62,594 nt of DNA. Source: Promethearchaeota archaeon Loki_b31. Lineage in GTDB: Archaea > Asgardarchaeota > Lokiarchaeia > Sigyniarchaeales > SOKP01. Positions 41,978 through 52,041 of the stretch are shown here, piece by piece. The DNA is taken from the NCBI GenBank assembly GCA_005222975.1, contig NJBI01000012.1, forward strand, positions 1 through 62,594, read 5' to 3'. Numbering within the stretch: the stretch's first letter is position 1; every line of letters starts with the position of its first letter. A model generated the notes under the pieces. The model ran no database searches. It was not told where the DNA came from and saw nothing but the letters and a program-made list of their open reading frames with translations. Position numbers and translations under genes: made by a program.

Positions 41978-42079
41978 TTTATTGTAAATTTTTCTGTTTT
42001 AAATAAAAGTATAGCAAATTGTTTATATTAATTTTTTTAGTTTTAGTTTCATCTTTTTTTATAAATTTGTTAAATTTCC

Positions 42080-43372
42080 TTGAAGACAAACGATTTATGC
42101 CATGTTCCATTTAAATATGTAATGAAAAGAGGAGAAAAAATATCGGAAAGCATTTCCTCAACGGATAGATCAGACCGAGTAAGAAGGAGAAATCTATGGT
42201 CCCAGATCATTATGAATATCATACATGGATTTGGATTGAGTGCTTTTAATGTTGTTCTACAACCTTTCATAGTAAATTTTACAGGCTCTCTCTTTTTCAC
42301 AGGTATTATAATTTCAATTTCAAGCATAATGCAATTTTTACCAATGCCCTTTATTGGCAAATTAGCTGATAAATATGGTCTTAAGAATATATGGTTATTT
42401 GGGCCCCCAATTTACGCTTTTGGATTAATTATATTAATCTTTACAAATAATATCCCAATTCTCATAGTTGGAGTGCTTACTTATATGCTGGGCGCCATGG
42501 TTAGCAGTTTAAATTTTCAAATATTCGTATCTGAAAACAGCGGTGAAAATAAAAAGGGAATAATGTACGGTCTTGTGTTCTTCGCATTTTTTGGAGGAAG
42601 TATTGGTGGTACATCCTTAGTTATGCTTGATTTAGGGTTTAGTTATCAATTCTATTTTCAAGTTTTCATAATCATTCTAATTTTGGAGTGGCTTATTCTA
42701 GTTTTAATTATTAGAAGTCCTGATGCTATTATAAAACATAGAGAATTAGATTTAATAAAATCTGTAGAGCTAAAACAGAAAAAAGCTACTAAACTCTTTC
42801 AAAACCCTAAAATAAAGGTAGCTACTATTTTCTTTACTTTAGATGTATTTGTATGGGGTATAGCGTTATCAATATATAATGCTGGTTTGACAACTTATTA
42901 TCATTTCACACCTGCAGAAATCGCTTCTATAGCTGTATGGTTTCACATCTCAAATATGGTTTCCCAGATTCCCGCTGGAAGAATTGCAGATAAGATAGGG
43001 GAAAAAAAGAGTTTAATTATAAGCCAGATTTTTGGAATGGTATTTTTTTCCATGAACATATTGATTTCAGTTTTGTGGTCCCAGGGGATTACAGGATTCG
43101 CTTTTCCTGGATTAATCATTGGAGAAATATTTTTTGGAATTGCAGTAACTACTTTTATCCCTTCTGAGCAGATGACCTTAACTAACTTAGACGATAGCAG
43201 AAAAGCTGAATCTTATGGAATTGTAGCATTTATCAGAGGGATTGGTATGATGCCTACTGGAGCGATTGGGGGGTTTCTTGCAGAAAATGTGCACTACATT
43301 GCTCCTTTTGCCGTAGCATTAGTAGGTTTGGGTTTTGAAATATGGTTTTTAGCGAAATACTTTAAGGATTAA
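42080..43372 (+). CDS. MFS transporter
   Basis: 12 TM helices; GKLADKYG and GRIADKIG motif A; true start probably downstream of 42080. Confidence 0.9.
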   Translation: MKTNDLCHVPFKYVMKRGEKISESISSTDRSDRVRRRNLWSQIIMNIIHGFGLSAFNVVLQPFIVNFTGSLFFTGIIISISSIMQFLPMPFIGKLADKYGLKNIWLFGPPIYAFGLIILIFTNNIPILIVGVLTYMLGAMVSSLNFQIFVSENSGENKKGIMYGLVFFAFFGGSIGGTSLVMLDLGFSYQFYFQVFIIILILEWLILVLIIRSPDAIIKHRELDLIKSVELKQKKATKLFQNPKIKVATIFFTLDVFVWGIALSIYNAGLTTYYHFTPAEIASIAVWFHISNMVSQIPAGRIADKIGEKKSLIISQIFGMVFFSMNILISVLWSQGITGFAFPGLIIGEIFFGIAVTTFIPSEQMTLTNLDDSRKAESYGIVAFIRGIGMMPTGAIGGFLAENVHYIAPFAVALVGLGFEIWFLAKYFKD

Positions 43373-43449
43373 TCGTAATCTCCATTAAAATTAACATTGG
43401 ATAAATTACTATTCAAATATTAAAAAAGAATTTTTAAAAAAAAATGTAA

Positions 43450-44328
43450 TTATTTTCCGTTTCCTTGTTTCCACTTTTTGTAAGACTCTAAAAATGCTTT
43501 TACCTTATCTACTTCAAAGTCCTGGACATCTGTCGCAAATTGTTTTTCTTCTCCTTCTACTGGATTGAAATTAAGATATAAAAGTTTAAGTTTTTCAAGT
43601 TTTTCCAAGCTTTCTAAATTATCTAAACTAGAAAGCTTATTCGTATCAAGATACAATGTTTCGAGATTTACGAGCGATTCCAAATTTTTAATCTCCGTTA
43701 AATTGTTATTATTAAGATATAAAACAGTAAGGTTTGTCAAAGTATCTAAACCCTTTATTTCCGTGATTTGGTTATAAGCTAGAAATAATCTACTTAGATT
43801 AGTTAATGCCTCTAAGTTCTTGATCTCTGTTATCTGATTGCGATTAAGATCCAAGACTTGGAGATTAGCTAAATTTTCTAAATTTTTTATTTCGTTTATC
43901 TGGTTACTAACAAGGGTTAATCGTATAAGTTCAGTTATTGATTCTAAATTCTTCAGCTCAGTGATCTTATTATTATTTATCTCTAACCATTGAAGGTTGG
44001 TTAAAGAATCGAGTCCTCTCAGCTCATGAATTTGATTTCCATTAAGGAATATGCGATCAAGTTTGGTCAAAGATTCAAGACCCTCAATTACTTGGAGCTG
44101 ATTATTGTTAAGAAATAACTGCGTGAGATTAGTTAATTCATCTAACCCTTTCAATTTTTCAATTTTATTGTTTGAAAGATCTAATGCTGTAACATGTTTT
44201 AACTTAGCAAGCCCTTTTAGCTCTGTCACATCTATTATATCCATATAATTTATAGCTAACCTGATATGGCCGAGTTCTTCTCTTACATTGAATTTTTTAC
44301 CATTAACCTTTATTGATCCAAGTCCCAT
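43450..44328 (-). CDS. SDS22-like leucine-rich-repeat protein
   Basis: About 9-10 repeats of 22 aa, consensus LxxLxLxxNxIxEIKNLExLT. Confidence 0.92.
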   Translation of the reverse strand: MGLGSIKVNGKKFNVREELGHIRLAINYMDIIDVTELKGLAKLKHVTALDLSNNKIEKLKGLDELTNLTQLFLNNNQLQVIEGLESLTKLDRIFLNGNQIHELRGLDSLTNLQWLEINNNKITELKNLESITELIRLTLVSNQINEIKNLENLANLQVLDLNRNQITEIKNLEALTNLSRLFLAYNQITEIKGLDTLTNLTVLYLNNNNLTEIKNLESLVNLETLYLDTNKLSSLDNLESLEKLEKLKLLYLNFNPVEGEEKQFATDVQDFEVDKVKAFLESYKKWKQGNGK

Positions 44329-44535
44329 TATACATCTCCATATATTTTTAATTTTATTATTTTTTAATTATGATCTGCAATTATAATAAACCTTTCTTTT
44401 TCCTAATTCTATGGCAAAAAAAAATTTGATACAAAGATTTAAATATGTAAAAAGTCCATTATAATTATATACGTCCATTCTTAACAATTACTTATTAACA
44501 TAGAAAATATTAAATATAATAATGGTAAAATTGAA

Positions 44536-45489
44536 ATGAATCAAAAAATTGAGAGCCTTACCGATGGTCAAATTGCAAAATTAGTAGGTTTTCTAAAAAA
44601 AATTAATTATCCACAAGAGGAATTAAAATATGCTATAAAAAAGAAACTAAATAAGTCCACTCTTGTAAAGAACGATAATTTTGATAATTCGATAAAACTT
44701 GAGGACCTAATTAGATTAGGGATTCAAGAGATTGATTTTGAATGGTTAATATCTCAAATCTCTATGGATGTTTTTACTTTGTTCGAAAAATCAATCAGTC
44801 GAGGTCAAGTAAAAGCTATAATAAAACGCGTTTTGGGAGTAATCCTTTCAAGTACAGATCGAAGTCAACTATATGAAATGCGTAAAAAAATTAGGAAATC
44901 TGAAAAATTTCTAACTTATTTTGGAGAATGGGGTAAAGAACCCGGCTATTTATTTAAAGTGATTATAACTGGATTGGACGACTATCAATCAAGGAAACTT
45001 CATTCCTTGCATATCGCTCCTAAGATGTCTGGAGAAAGAATAACGATCGGAGTTGAATTCTACACCAAAACAATAGAATCCTACAATAAATCTTTTATAA
45101 AATTACAGTTTTGGAATGTATCAGGAAATAAAAGGTTTGAATTTCTAAGAGAGCGTTACTACAAGGGTGCGAGTGCTATGATAATATTTTATGAAAAAGG
45201 GAATCAGGAATCACTTAAATCAGCTAAAAAGTATTATTCAGAATTTAAAAAAGCAACGAACTTAAAATTTAAATTAATAAAATTGAAGGATGTATATATC
45301 GATACGCCAATAATTCTTGTAGGATTAGGAGGTAAATCCTTAATACCCTTAGAAGGTGGCCCTTATCTTGCAAAAGATTTAGGAGCAACTTATTTTGATA
45401 AAAATGAGATACGGAGAGGAGAATTTGAAGAAATTTTTAATTATGTTTCGGTCGAATTGGTCGTAAAGTGTCAAAACCCAAAGAAATAA
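44536..45489 (+). CDS. Rab-like small-GTPase-domain protein with degenerate P-loop and N-terminal extension
   Basis: FKVIITG, TIGVEFYTK, KLQFWNVSG, RF..LRERYYKGA, PIILVG. Confidence 0.8.
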   Translation: MNQKIESLTDGQIAKLVGFLKKINYPQEELKYAIKKKLNKSTLVKNDNFDNSIKLEDLIRLGIQEIDFEWLISQISMDVFTLFEKSISRGQVKAIIKRVLGVILSSTDRSQLYEMRKKIRKSEKFLTYFGEWGKEPGYLFKVIITGLDDYQSRKLHSLHIAPKMSGERITIGVEFYTKTIESYNKSFIKLQFWNVSGNKRFEFLRERYYKGASAMIIFYEKGNQESLKSAKKYYSEFKKATNLKFKLIKLKDVYIDTPIILVGLGGKSLIPLEGGPYLAKDLGATYFDKNEIRRGEFEEIFNYVSVELVVKCQNPKK

Positions 45490-45499
45490 TCCCGAAATT

Positions 45500-46258
45500 T
45501 TACTCATTCTTAAAATTTTCCGACACATTTAGATTTATTTCAAAGAGTTTATCTTGGATTTTGTTCTGTATTTCCTTAGAAATATTGTTTATTATTTCGT
45601 CAGGTACATATTCCAAGTATGCATATAACTCATTTTGAATTATCAGTCCAATTTCACTCATCGATTTTTCAATAGTTTCGTGTTTTCTTAAATATATGTT
45701 TTTGTATGTTTGTATATACTTTACATTAAACTTTTTAAGCCAATTTTTACCCTTACTTTCCAATATCCTAAGGACTTCTCTGGAACTCGCATCGTTAAAA
45801 TTCTCGAATTCGTATTTGTATTTAGTTAACTTATCTTCGCAGTATTTTAAAACTTGAGCTCTTTCTTTTGAAGTCAAATTAGTTTGAGAATTTAGAAAAA
45901 CAATAACCATATAATCGAATAAGAAATATATTTGAGCTTTAATGTTGGAACCATAGATTTCAAGATGAGACAGGTTTTTTATGTTGGTTTGTCCCGCAAA
46001 TATTTGAAATGAACTCAAATACATGGAAATTAGATCGAGTTCCAGAAGACTATTATCTCCTTCTGATAGATAAGACTTAATCGGACCGTAACCATTCTCG
46101 CTTTTTGAACCATACTCAAAAACGGTTATGGTATTTCCGTATTGATCTGAGACGATAATGCCGATGATGGGCGGTACAGTGTTAAAATTATGGGTGCGAT
46201 ATGCCGTTTCGGTTAATTTCTTTTCAACGAAACTATCGTCTTTTTGAGTTCCAAGCAC
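45500..46258 (-). CDS. Hypothetical protein, possibly longin/roadblock-like N-terminal domain
   Basis: GIIVSDQYGNTI...LISMYLSSFQIFA pattern. Confidence 0.5.
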   Translation of the reverse strand: MLGTQKDDSFVEKKLTETAYRTHNFNTVPPIIGIIVSDQYGNTITVFEYGSKSENGYGPIKSYLSEGDNSLLELDLISMYLSSFQIFAGQTNIKNLSHLEIYGSNIKAQIYFLFDYMVIVFLNSQTNLTSKERAQVLKYCEDKLTKYKYEFENFNDASSREVLRILESKGKNWLKKFNVKYIQTYKNIYLRKHETIEKSMSEIGLIIQNELYAYLEYVPDEIINNISKEIQNKIQDKLFEINLNVSENFKNE

Positions 46259-46320
46259 AAATCAAAATAAACGATAACGCTATAAAGATAAGAGGGAGTG
46301 CTGATTTTTAGGAAAAAAGC

Positions 46321-46350
46321 GAGAGGTTCCGACATTTATGATCGTGAAAC
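46321..46350. repeat. 30-bp direct repeat, copy 1 (left of the toxin-antitoxin pair)
   Basis: GAGAGGTTCCGACATTTATGATCGTGAAAC, 27/30 identical to 47208-47237. Confidence 0.85.
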
Positions 46351-46455
46351 TTTATAGCAATATAATAATCAATTGGGCAAAATTGGGATGATAAAAGAAA
46401 AAAAGAGATCATTTAAATTGTAAAAACTCTTAGAGACTAAAATTTTCTAATAAGA

Positions 46456-46860
46456 CTATTTCCAAGATCTTAGTTGTAATTTAAAGATTTCCTTAAATTT
46501 TTTATCAGTAGAATAAATGATATTTGTATTGTGTTTTTTACAGGTCATGGCAATTATCTCGTCGTGTAATTCGTGGCTTTTGATGTTTTCTAGCATTAAT
46601 TTGATGATTTCAATGTCAAAATCATCAATTATTACATTTTCAGATTTTTCCCATCTTTCAATAGCCCTTTTAACCGCTTCTACTTTACCAGTTTTTCGCA
46701 TTTTCCACAATAATTCAGATATTGCAATAATGGGAATTATTACAGTTATTTCTCCATCTATTACTTTTTTCTTCAGTTCTTGAAGCGTTAACGGAACTTT
46801 TTTATAATCATAATGGAAATAAAATAAGACTTGTGCGTCAATTACTGCTTTTTCTGTCAT
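46456..46860 (-). CDS. vapC: PIN-domain (VapC-like) toxin
   Basis: VIDAQV, AISEL, LHDEIIA, STDKKF acidic PIN residues. Confidence 0.85.
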   Translation of the reverse strand: MTEKAVIDAQVLFYFHYDYKKVPLTLQELKKKVIDGEITVIIPIIAISELLWKMRKTGKVEAVKRAIERWEKSENVIIDDFDIEIIKLMLENIKSHELHDEIIAMTCKKHNTNIIYSTDKKFKEIFKLQLRSWK

Positions 46861-46880
46861 TTTAGATCAACAAAAAGTAA

Positions 46881-47129
46881 TTAATCTTTAATTGGAAACA
46901 ATGATCTTTTTGCTTCTTTCAGCTCTTCGTCCGTGAATGGAGAAACTCCTTCAAAGAGGTTATCTTCAATTTCGAGGGGATGAATCTTTTTTCTAATTAG
47001 GATTACCTTATCCTCGTTTAATTCCATTTCTACTAAATTCGTATCGTTAATAGCTAATTTGTCTCTCCACTCTTTTGGTATGACTATTCTTCCATTTGAA
47101 GAAACTTTTTGGGTTAATTTTTCAACCAT
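46881..47129 (-). CDS. AbrB/MazE-family antitoxin
   Basis: KVSSNGRIVIPKEWRDKLAI. Confidence 0.9.
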   Translation of the reverse strand: MVEKLTQKVSSNGRIVIPKEWRDKLAINDTNLVEMELNEDKVILIRKKIHPLEIEDNLFEGVSPFTDEELKEAKRSLFPIKD

Positions 47130-47151
47130 TTTAAAATTCTTTTTTTTTAAT

Positions 47152-47176
47152 TGTCATTGTAATAATGTAAATGACA
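47152..47176. promoter_or_regulatory. Inverted repeat upstream of the antitoxin, putative autoregulatory operator
   Basis: TGTCATT-N11-AATGACA. Confidence 0.45.
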
Positions 47177-47207
47177 TCTAATAAATATTATCACTTACAT
47201 AAAAAAT

Positions 47208-47237
47208 GAGAGATTCCGATTTTTATGATCGTGAAAC
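47208..47237. repeat. 30-bp direct repeat, copy 2 (right of the toxin-antitoxin pair)
   Basis: GAGAGATTCCGATTTTTATGATCGTGAAAC. Confidence 0.85.
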
Positions 47238-47318
47238 AAGTCTTTCACGCACAAACATATCACTTAGAGGATATATTTTACTTACTTATGAAAAAATTAT
47301 TGAAAATATTAAAAAAAG

Positions 47319-47422
47319 TGGGAGCGACCGGATTTGAACCGGTGACCAACAAGTCTGGAGCCTGCCGCGTTCAGCACTTTGCTGCGAACGAACAAAGTCA
47401 TACCGAGCTTCGCCACGCCCCC
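47319..47422 (-). tRNA. tRNA-Trp(CCA) with a non-canonical D-arm intron (about 47370-47399)
   Basis: Minus strand: acceptor GGGGGCG/CGCTCCC+A, anticodon arm GCAGG-CT-CCA-GA-CTTGT, T-arm ACCGG-TTCAAAT-CCGGT. A 30-nt insert with an ACTTTG/CAAAGT stem and BHB-like bulges interrupts the D-arm. Confidence 0.9.
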
Positions 47423-47550
47423 ATGTTTTAGGAAAATAAGTCGTGGCGTAAAATAATTTATATAAAATAACTACAAATTTTTAATTTTACTAATTACTCA
47501 TAATATTTCAGTTTTATGAAATGTTAAAATAATTTTGAATTGAAAAAAAT

Positions 47551-48132
47551 TTGACTCTTAAGAAATTAGGCGATTTAAATATTAGATATATAACGATTAT
47601 TCAACTGGCCGTTGCTTTAATTATATCTTTATTATTTCAATTCGTTATCCCCTTTTCTTGGCAACCGTTGGATGCGTATGAAATTGGTTTTAACATAAAA
47701 CATGGCGATCCTGGGACTAATTTAGTTTTCTTTACGATAAGTCAATGGTATTTTTCGTTATCTATCGTATGGTTTTTACGTCGTGATAATAAATACATAA
47801 ATCACTTTATCCTTTATTCGATTTTTCCTTTAAGCTTAATAGTTGTATTGGAATTTAGCGTATTGGGACTTTATTACGATTATATCCATATCTTTCCATT
47901 AATAATTGCGATTTATATCACGTGGAAAAAACGGGATAATTTAATACCGCATTATGTAATTTATTATATTATTGTTTTAACTATTTGGCTCTTTACGGTA
48001 TATTTTTTAAAATTGGCATATTATGGGGCTCCACTGTTGACATTTATTTTAAACTGGGGTGTTACTGCATTGCTTAACATAGGCTATACTTTCTTCGTTA
48101 TATATTTAAAAAAAAAGAGTAGAAAGTCCTAA
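47551..48132 (+). CDS. Multi-pass membrane protein
   Basis: About six hydrophobic segments. Confidence 0.7.
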   Translation: MTLKKLGDLNIRYITIIQLAVALIISLLFQFVIPFSWQPLDAYEIGFNIKHGDPGTNLVFFTISQWYFSLSIVWFLRRDNKYINHFILYSIFPLSLIVVLEFSVLGLYYDYIHIFPLIIAIYITWKKRDNLIPHYVIYYIIVLTIWLFTVYFLKLAYYGAPLLTFILNWGVTALLNIGYTFFVIYLKKKSRKS

Positions 48133-48627
48133 TTAGATAATTTTCGAACCACAGAATTCGCAAAATCTAAGATTTTTAGCATCTTTCATGGAAGCCCCGC
48201 AAGTAGGGCAAAAATTTGGCTTTTTTGGAGTGGGAGCGCCCTTTTGAAAGACTTCATATTCAGCAATTATTTTATCTTCTTTTATTGCCGGGAATTCATA
48301 ACCGCAAATATCGCAATATTTATTGTTTCTGAGCATATAAATATTGCAATTTGGACATTTACTTATTAATTTCAAGCCACAATTGCGACAATACTCTGTG
48401 TAAACGCTAGTTGGAACGTTGCAACGCGGACAATACTTTTTTGATTCTCCCGAATAACGATAGACAACAATACCTATTATAACGAATATTATTACGGGAA
48501 TTACGAGAAGTAGCAAAATGCTAATTCCAATGAAAAAGAGTGCGATCATTAAAAAACCGACTACTAAAAAAGTAACTAAACCACTCAATACGGAGATTCT
48601 TTTACGTTTGGATTGTTGAAAGCTCAT
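48133..48627 (-). CDS. Membrane protein with multiple zinc ribbons
   Basis: Two TM helices followed by six CxxC pairs. Confidence 0.85.
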   Translation of the reverse strand: MSFQQSKRKRISVLSGLVTFLVVGFLMIALFFIGISILLLLVIPVIIFVIIGIVVYRYSGESKKYCPRCNVPTSVYTEYCRNCGLKLISKCPNCNIYMLRNNKYCDICGYEFPAIKEDKIIAEYEVFQKGAPTPKKPNFCPTCGASMKDAKNLRFCEFCGSKII

Positions 48628-48678
48628 TTGATATTACTCTAATTGTACTTTGAAATATTTTCTAATGTTTTAAAGAAT

Positions 48679-48882
48679 TCATTGTTTTAATATTGATTCT
48701 TTTTCATCCTGTTTTGTTTTGCAATATGGACAAATCTTAGTATTGCTATCAATTTTTTCTCCACATGCAAAACACATATTTTTGCTTTCTCCGTATTGGA
48801 TTTTCTTATCAATAACTTTTGCGGTTTTTTTTGCTTTATCTGTAAAATTAATTTTTGACATAATAGGCTCAAATTGATGCAA
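48679..48882 (-). CDS. Small zinc-ribbon protein
   Basis: CFACG...CPYC. Confidence 0.65.
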   Translation of the reverse strand: MHQFEPIMSKINFTDKAKKTAKVIDKKIQYGESKNMCFACGEKIDSNTKICPYCKTKQDEKESILKQ

Positions 48883-49079
48883 TAATTATTTTATGATCTT
48901 CAATTAATATATTTTAGACAAAATCTATAAAAAAAATGGAGTCCAATTTTTATTTTTTCATTACAATAAATTCGCGATAATAACAAAATTTAAGTGCTTG
49001 AATCCACTTTAAAATAATACGGAACGCCTTTAATAAAATTAATTAAGTAAAAAAAATACTATAAGGAGATTTATGAAAA

Positions 49080-49283
49080 ATGCCAGGAAGTCACGGTAGT
49101 TTAACAAAAGCTGGAAAGGTTAAACAACAAACACCAAAAATACGAAGAACTGGAGTAAACTCAAAGAAGAAAAAGCCTCCAAGAATGAGATATCGCGATC
49201 TTTATATACAGAGAGTTAAGAAAGGGGAATACGCTGGACAGCGTGAATCTATAGGTGCTAAACGAGCATCCTACAAACGTTAA
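49080..49283 (+). CDS. rps30e: Small-subunit ribosomal protein eS30
   Basis: SHGSLTKAGKVKQQTPK signature. Confidence 0.95.
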   Translation: MPGSHGSLTKAGKVKQQTPKIRRTGVNSKKKKPPRMRYRDLYIQRVKKGEYAGQRESIGAKRASYKR

Positions 49284-49297
49284 ATCTTTTAATAACT

Positions 49298-51187
49298 TTA
49301 ACCTAACACTCCAATCTTCTTTAATTGGTTAATTAAAATTTGGCTTTGTTTATAATAGTGGGTTGAGTTATTACTATCATTAGCTAGTATGTCAAAATAA
49401 TCACACATTAGCAAATTCCATCGAATTGCTCTACGGATTCCTGATATTTTTTTCAAGTTAAGATAAAGTCGCTTTTCGATTTTTTTCATTAAATATAGAG
49501 ATTTTTTTGAATCTACCCTGTGATGAATATAGAACTCGGCTAATTCTAAAGCTAAATCAAATAAAATGGGAGCGTTTTTCTTCTCGTCATAATCTAAACC
49601 GACTGCCTCTATGCCAGATCGTAACATTTTTTGAGCTTGGGATAAATTATCTTTCGATTTATAGTATTTGCCTCGCTTGAGATGATAGTTTAACTTTACT
49701 TTAATTGAACTGTTTCCTAATTGAAAAGCTTTCTTGAAATAATTTTTAGACTGAGCTAATTTATTCTGTTTTAAATTAATTAATCCCAAGTATAAGTAAG
49801 CCATCCCAAGGAATTCATCTTTATCAGTAATTGTTTCTTCTTTCTCCAAGAAATTGACGATAATATTAAAGTGAGACAAGGCTTCATCAAATTCTTCAGT
49901 TTTATAAAACCACTTACCTAAATAATATTGTATTTTTATAATAAAATCTATTGGTACCTCTCCAGATTTAGCAACTCCCATCGCGCTTTGTAAATAATTG
50001 AGCGAAGTTTCATCTTGATTTAGTAATGAGGCTATTTTTCTTAATTTTAATAATATTGAGACTACAATTTTCTTTTGACGGTTTTTATTGAAAATTTTTA
50101 AAGAGTTATTTAACAATTGAGTAGCCTCATCAAACCTATAATTCTTTATTAACTTTTCTGCTTCTGTATAGGAATTAATTGATTCGATCAGTTCAAAATT
50201 AGCAGGTGGTGAATTAAATAGTTCGTTGTGAATCTGATATAATTCTCCTTTTGATAATGTGCTTTCGTAATGTAATGCTGAAAATGGAAAGTTATTTCTT
50301 TCTAACTCAAATCCTTTTGACTCTAATTCTCTTTCAGGGTTAAATTTTACATAGTCATATTGATTGATTTCTGCTAAAGTTATTATTTCTAATATAGAAT
50401 TCAACATCATTCTGGAAAACTTAATCCAATTTTCAATGTACAATTCTAGCTTAAACTCAGTATCATTAAACAAAGAACTTAAAATATACGGAGAATAGCA
50501 ATCGAAAGAAGATCTGATAAAAAATTTATGATATTCCAAATCCTTAAAAAACGTGAAAAAGCCCTTCTCTAATATGAAAAACTCATCAAATTTTTCTTCA
50601 TTTGAAAAAAATAACGTCTCAGAAGCTCGAAGTTTAGGAACACCATCTCTCAATTCCCATGGAAGTCTAAATGTAGGTTTCAATCTAGTGTTTTTCAAAG
50701 CGTCTACTATTTTATTTATATTCTCTCCTTTAAATTGTTGGAACTTATCGCGTTTATTCATTAAAGATATGCGTATACGATTTAACCACGTACTATCGAT
50801 CTCGTCGGTTATTGGTTCAGGCATTAGCAGATTTAATATATCAAGTAAGTTGTTCTCCTTACCTTTGATGGGAAAATTATGCTCTAGAGTAACTTTAAGG
50901 GCTAAATCTCGGAGCATTTTCATTAAAAAAAGAATAACCTTATAAATATTTTGATTTAAATCCCATAATTTAAAAGCCATGCAAATGCGAAAACTAACTA
51001 CTTCAAGCGGAAAATTTAACCTTAAAGGCAGCGAAACCGGGAATTTAATTGTAAATAGTATTAATTTATCCTTTTTAACGCTATACCTGAAATAATTTTC
51101 AATAGTTCCATCTAGTTTCCAACCATTTCGTTCAATTACTTCTTTTAAATTGTTTAACTCACTAGAAGAAAAGGGTCTTATTGACAT
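49298..51187 (-). CDS. TPR-repeat protein
   Basis: C-terminal TPR-like helical repeats (AYLYLGLI...YFKKA). Confidence 0.75.
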   Translation of the reverse strand: MSIRPFSSSELNNLKEVIERNGWKLDGTIENYFRYSVKKDKLILFTIKFPVSLPLRLNFPLEVVSFRICMAFKLWDLNQNIYKVILFLMKMLRDLALKVTLEHNFPIKGKENNLLDILNLLMPEPITDEIDSTWLNRIRISLMNKRDKFQQFKGENINKIVDALKNTRLKPTFRLPWELRDGVPKLRASETLFFSNEEKFDEFFILEKGFFTFFKDLEYHKFFIRSSFDCYSPYILSSLFNDTEFKLELYIENWIKFSRMMLNSILEIITLAEINQYDYVKFNPERELESKGFELERNNFPFSALHYESTLSKGELYQIHNELFNSPPANFELIESINSYTEAEKLIKNYRFDEATQLLNNSLKIFNKNRQKKIVVSILLKLRKIASLLNQDETSLNYLQSAMGVAKSGEVPIDFIIKIQYYLGKWFYKTEEFDEALSHFNIIVNFLEKEETITDKDEFLGMAYLYLGLINLKQNKLAQSKNYFKKAFQLGNSSIKVKLNYHLKRGKYYKSKDNLSQAQKMLRSGIEAVGLDYDEKKNAPILFDLALELAEFYIHHRVDSKKSLYLMKKIEKRLYLNLKKISGIRRAIRWNLLMCDYFDILANDSNNSTHYYKQSQILINQLKKIGVLG

Positions 51188-51329
51188 AAATTACATTAAA
51201 AAAGTATTTTCTTTTAATAAACTAAGAAAAAACTCTATTATTAATATTTTTACAAAACATATTAACAATTATATATAGTTGAATTTACTTGATAATCTTG
51301 AGAATTAATTATAATTTCAGTATTTTATA

Positions 51330-52025
51330 ATGGATATTACAAAATTTAATAAAAACCTAGCGGAAAAAGTTGCTAAAGCGAATGCTTACGAAAAAAACAA
51401 TAGAATTCAAGACGCTATAGATACTTGGGTAGAAATTTCTGAAATGGCACTCAATGCTTCAAAAACACCTAATTTAGACTTCTCTTACAGATCAATGATA
51501 ATTAAAAAGGCTCAGCAAATTATTGAACACATCAAAGAGTTAAAAGCAAAAATAAAAAAAAGTATTGAACCAAGTACATCACTTATTGATGATGCATTTG
51601 ATGAGGAACTTTTTCAAGAGAGCGACTCTTCTGAAGAAATTATTTATGAAGAAACGGAACAAAAATCTCCTAAGGCTGCAAGTACTTCTAAGGAAATAAA
51701 CAATAACGATATCCCCAAGAAGGACAATGAAACTAAATTCGTAGAAGATAGTGATTTTAAAAATTTACCAAAAGGATTTAAAGAAATCGAAGCTTCGGAG
51801 GATTTTGAAATTGTTACCCCACACGACAAGGATTACGTAGAGAAAATTATAAAACAAGACATTGATATGAGTATTTTTAAACACGGCAAGCAAAATCCTC
51901 AGCCTCAAAAACATATTGAGCTAGAACAACCAAAAGATGACAAAGAAATCGTATGTTTTGCGTGTGGTACTATCTCACCATCCAACACCAAAATTTGTCC
52001 TAATTGTGGAACTGAATTAAAATAA
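51330..52025 (+). CDS. MIT-like N-terminal domain, disordered linker, C-terminal zinc ribbon
   Basis: KA..YEK....DAI..W......I..KA.QIIEHIKELK three-helix pattern; CFACG...CPNCG. Confidence 0.6.
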   Translation: MDITKFNKNLAEKVAKANAYEKNNRIQDAIDTWVEISEMALNASKTPNLDFSYRSMIIKKAQQIIEHIKELKAKIKKSIEPSTSLIDDAFDEELFQESDSSEEIIYEETEQKSPKAASTSKEINNNDIPKKDNETKFVEDSDFKNLPKGFKEIEASEDFEIVTPHDKDYVEKIIKQDIDMSIFKHGKQNPQPQKHIELEQPKDDKEIVCFACGTISPSNTKICPNCGTELK

Positions 52026-52041
52026 GGGAGATTTTTACTAA

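Noticed and set aside
47225-47431. 68-aa plus-strand ORF in the track
   Set aside because: Antisense shadow of tRNA-Trp.
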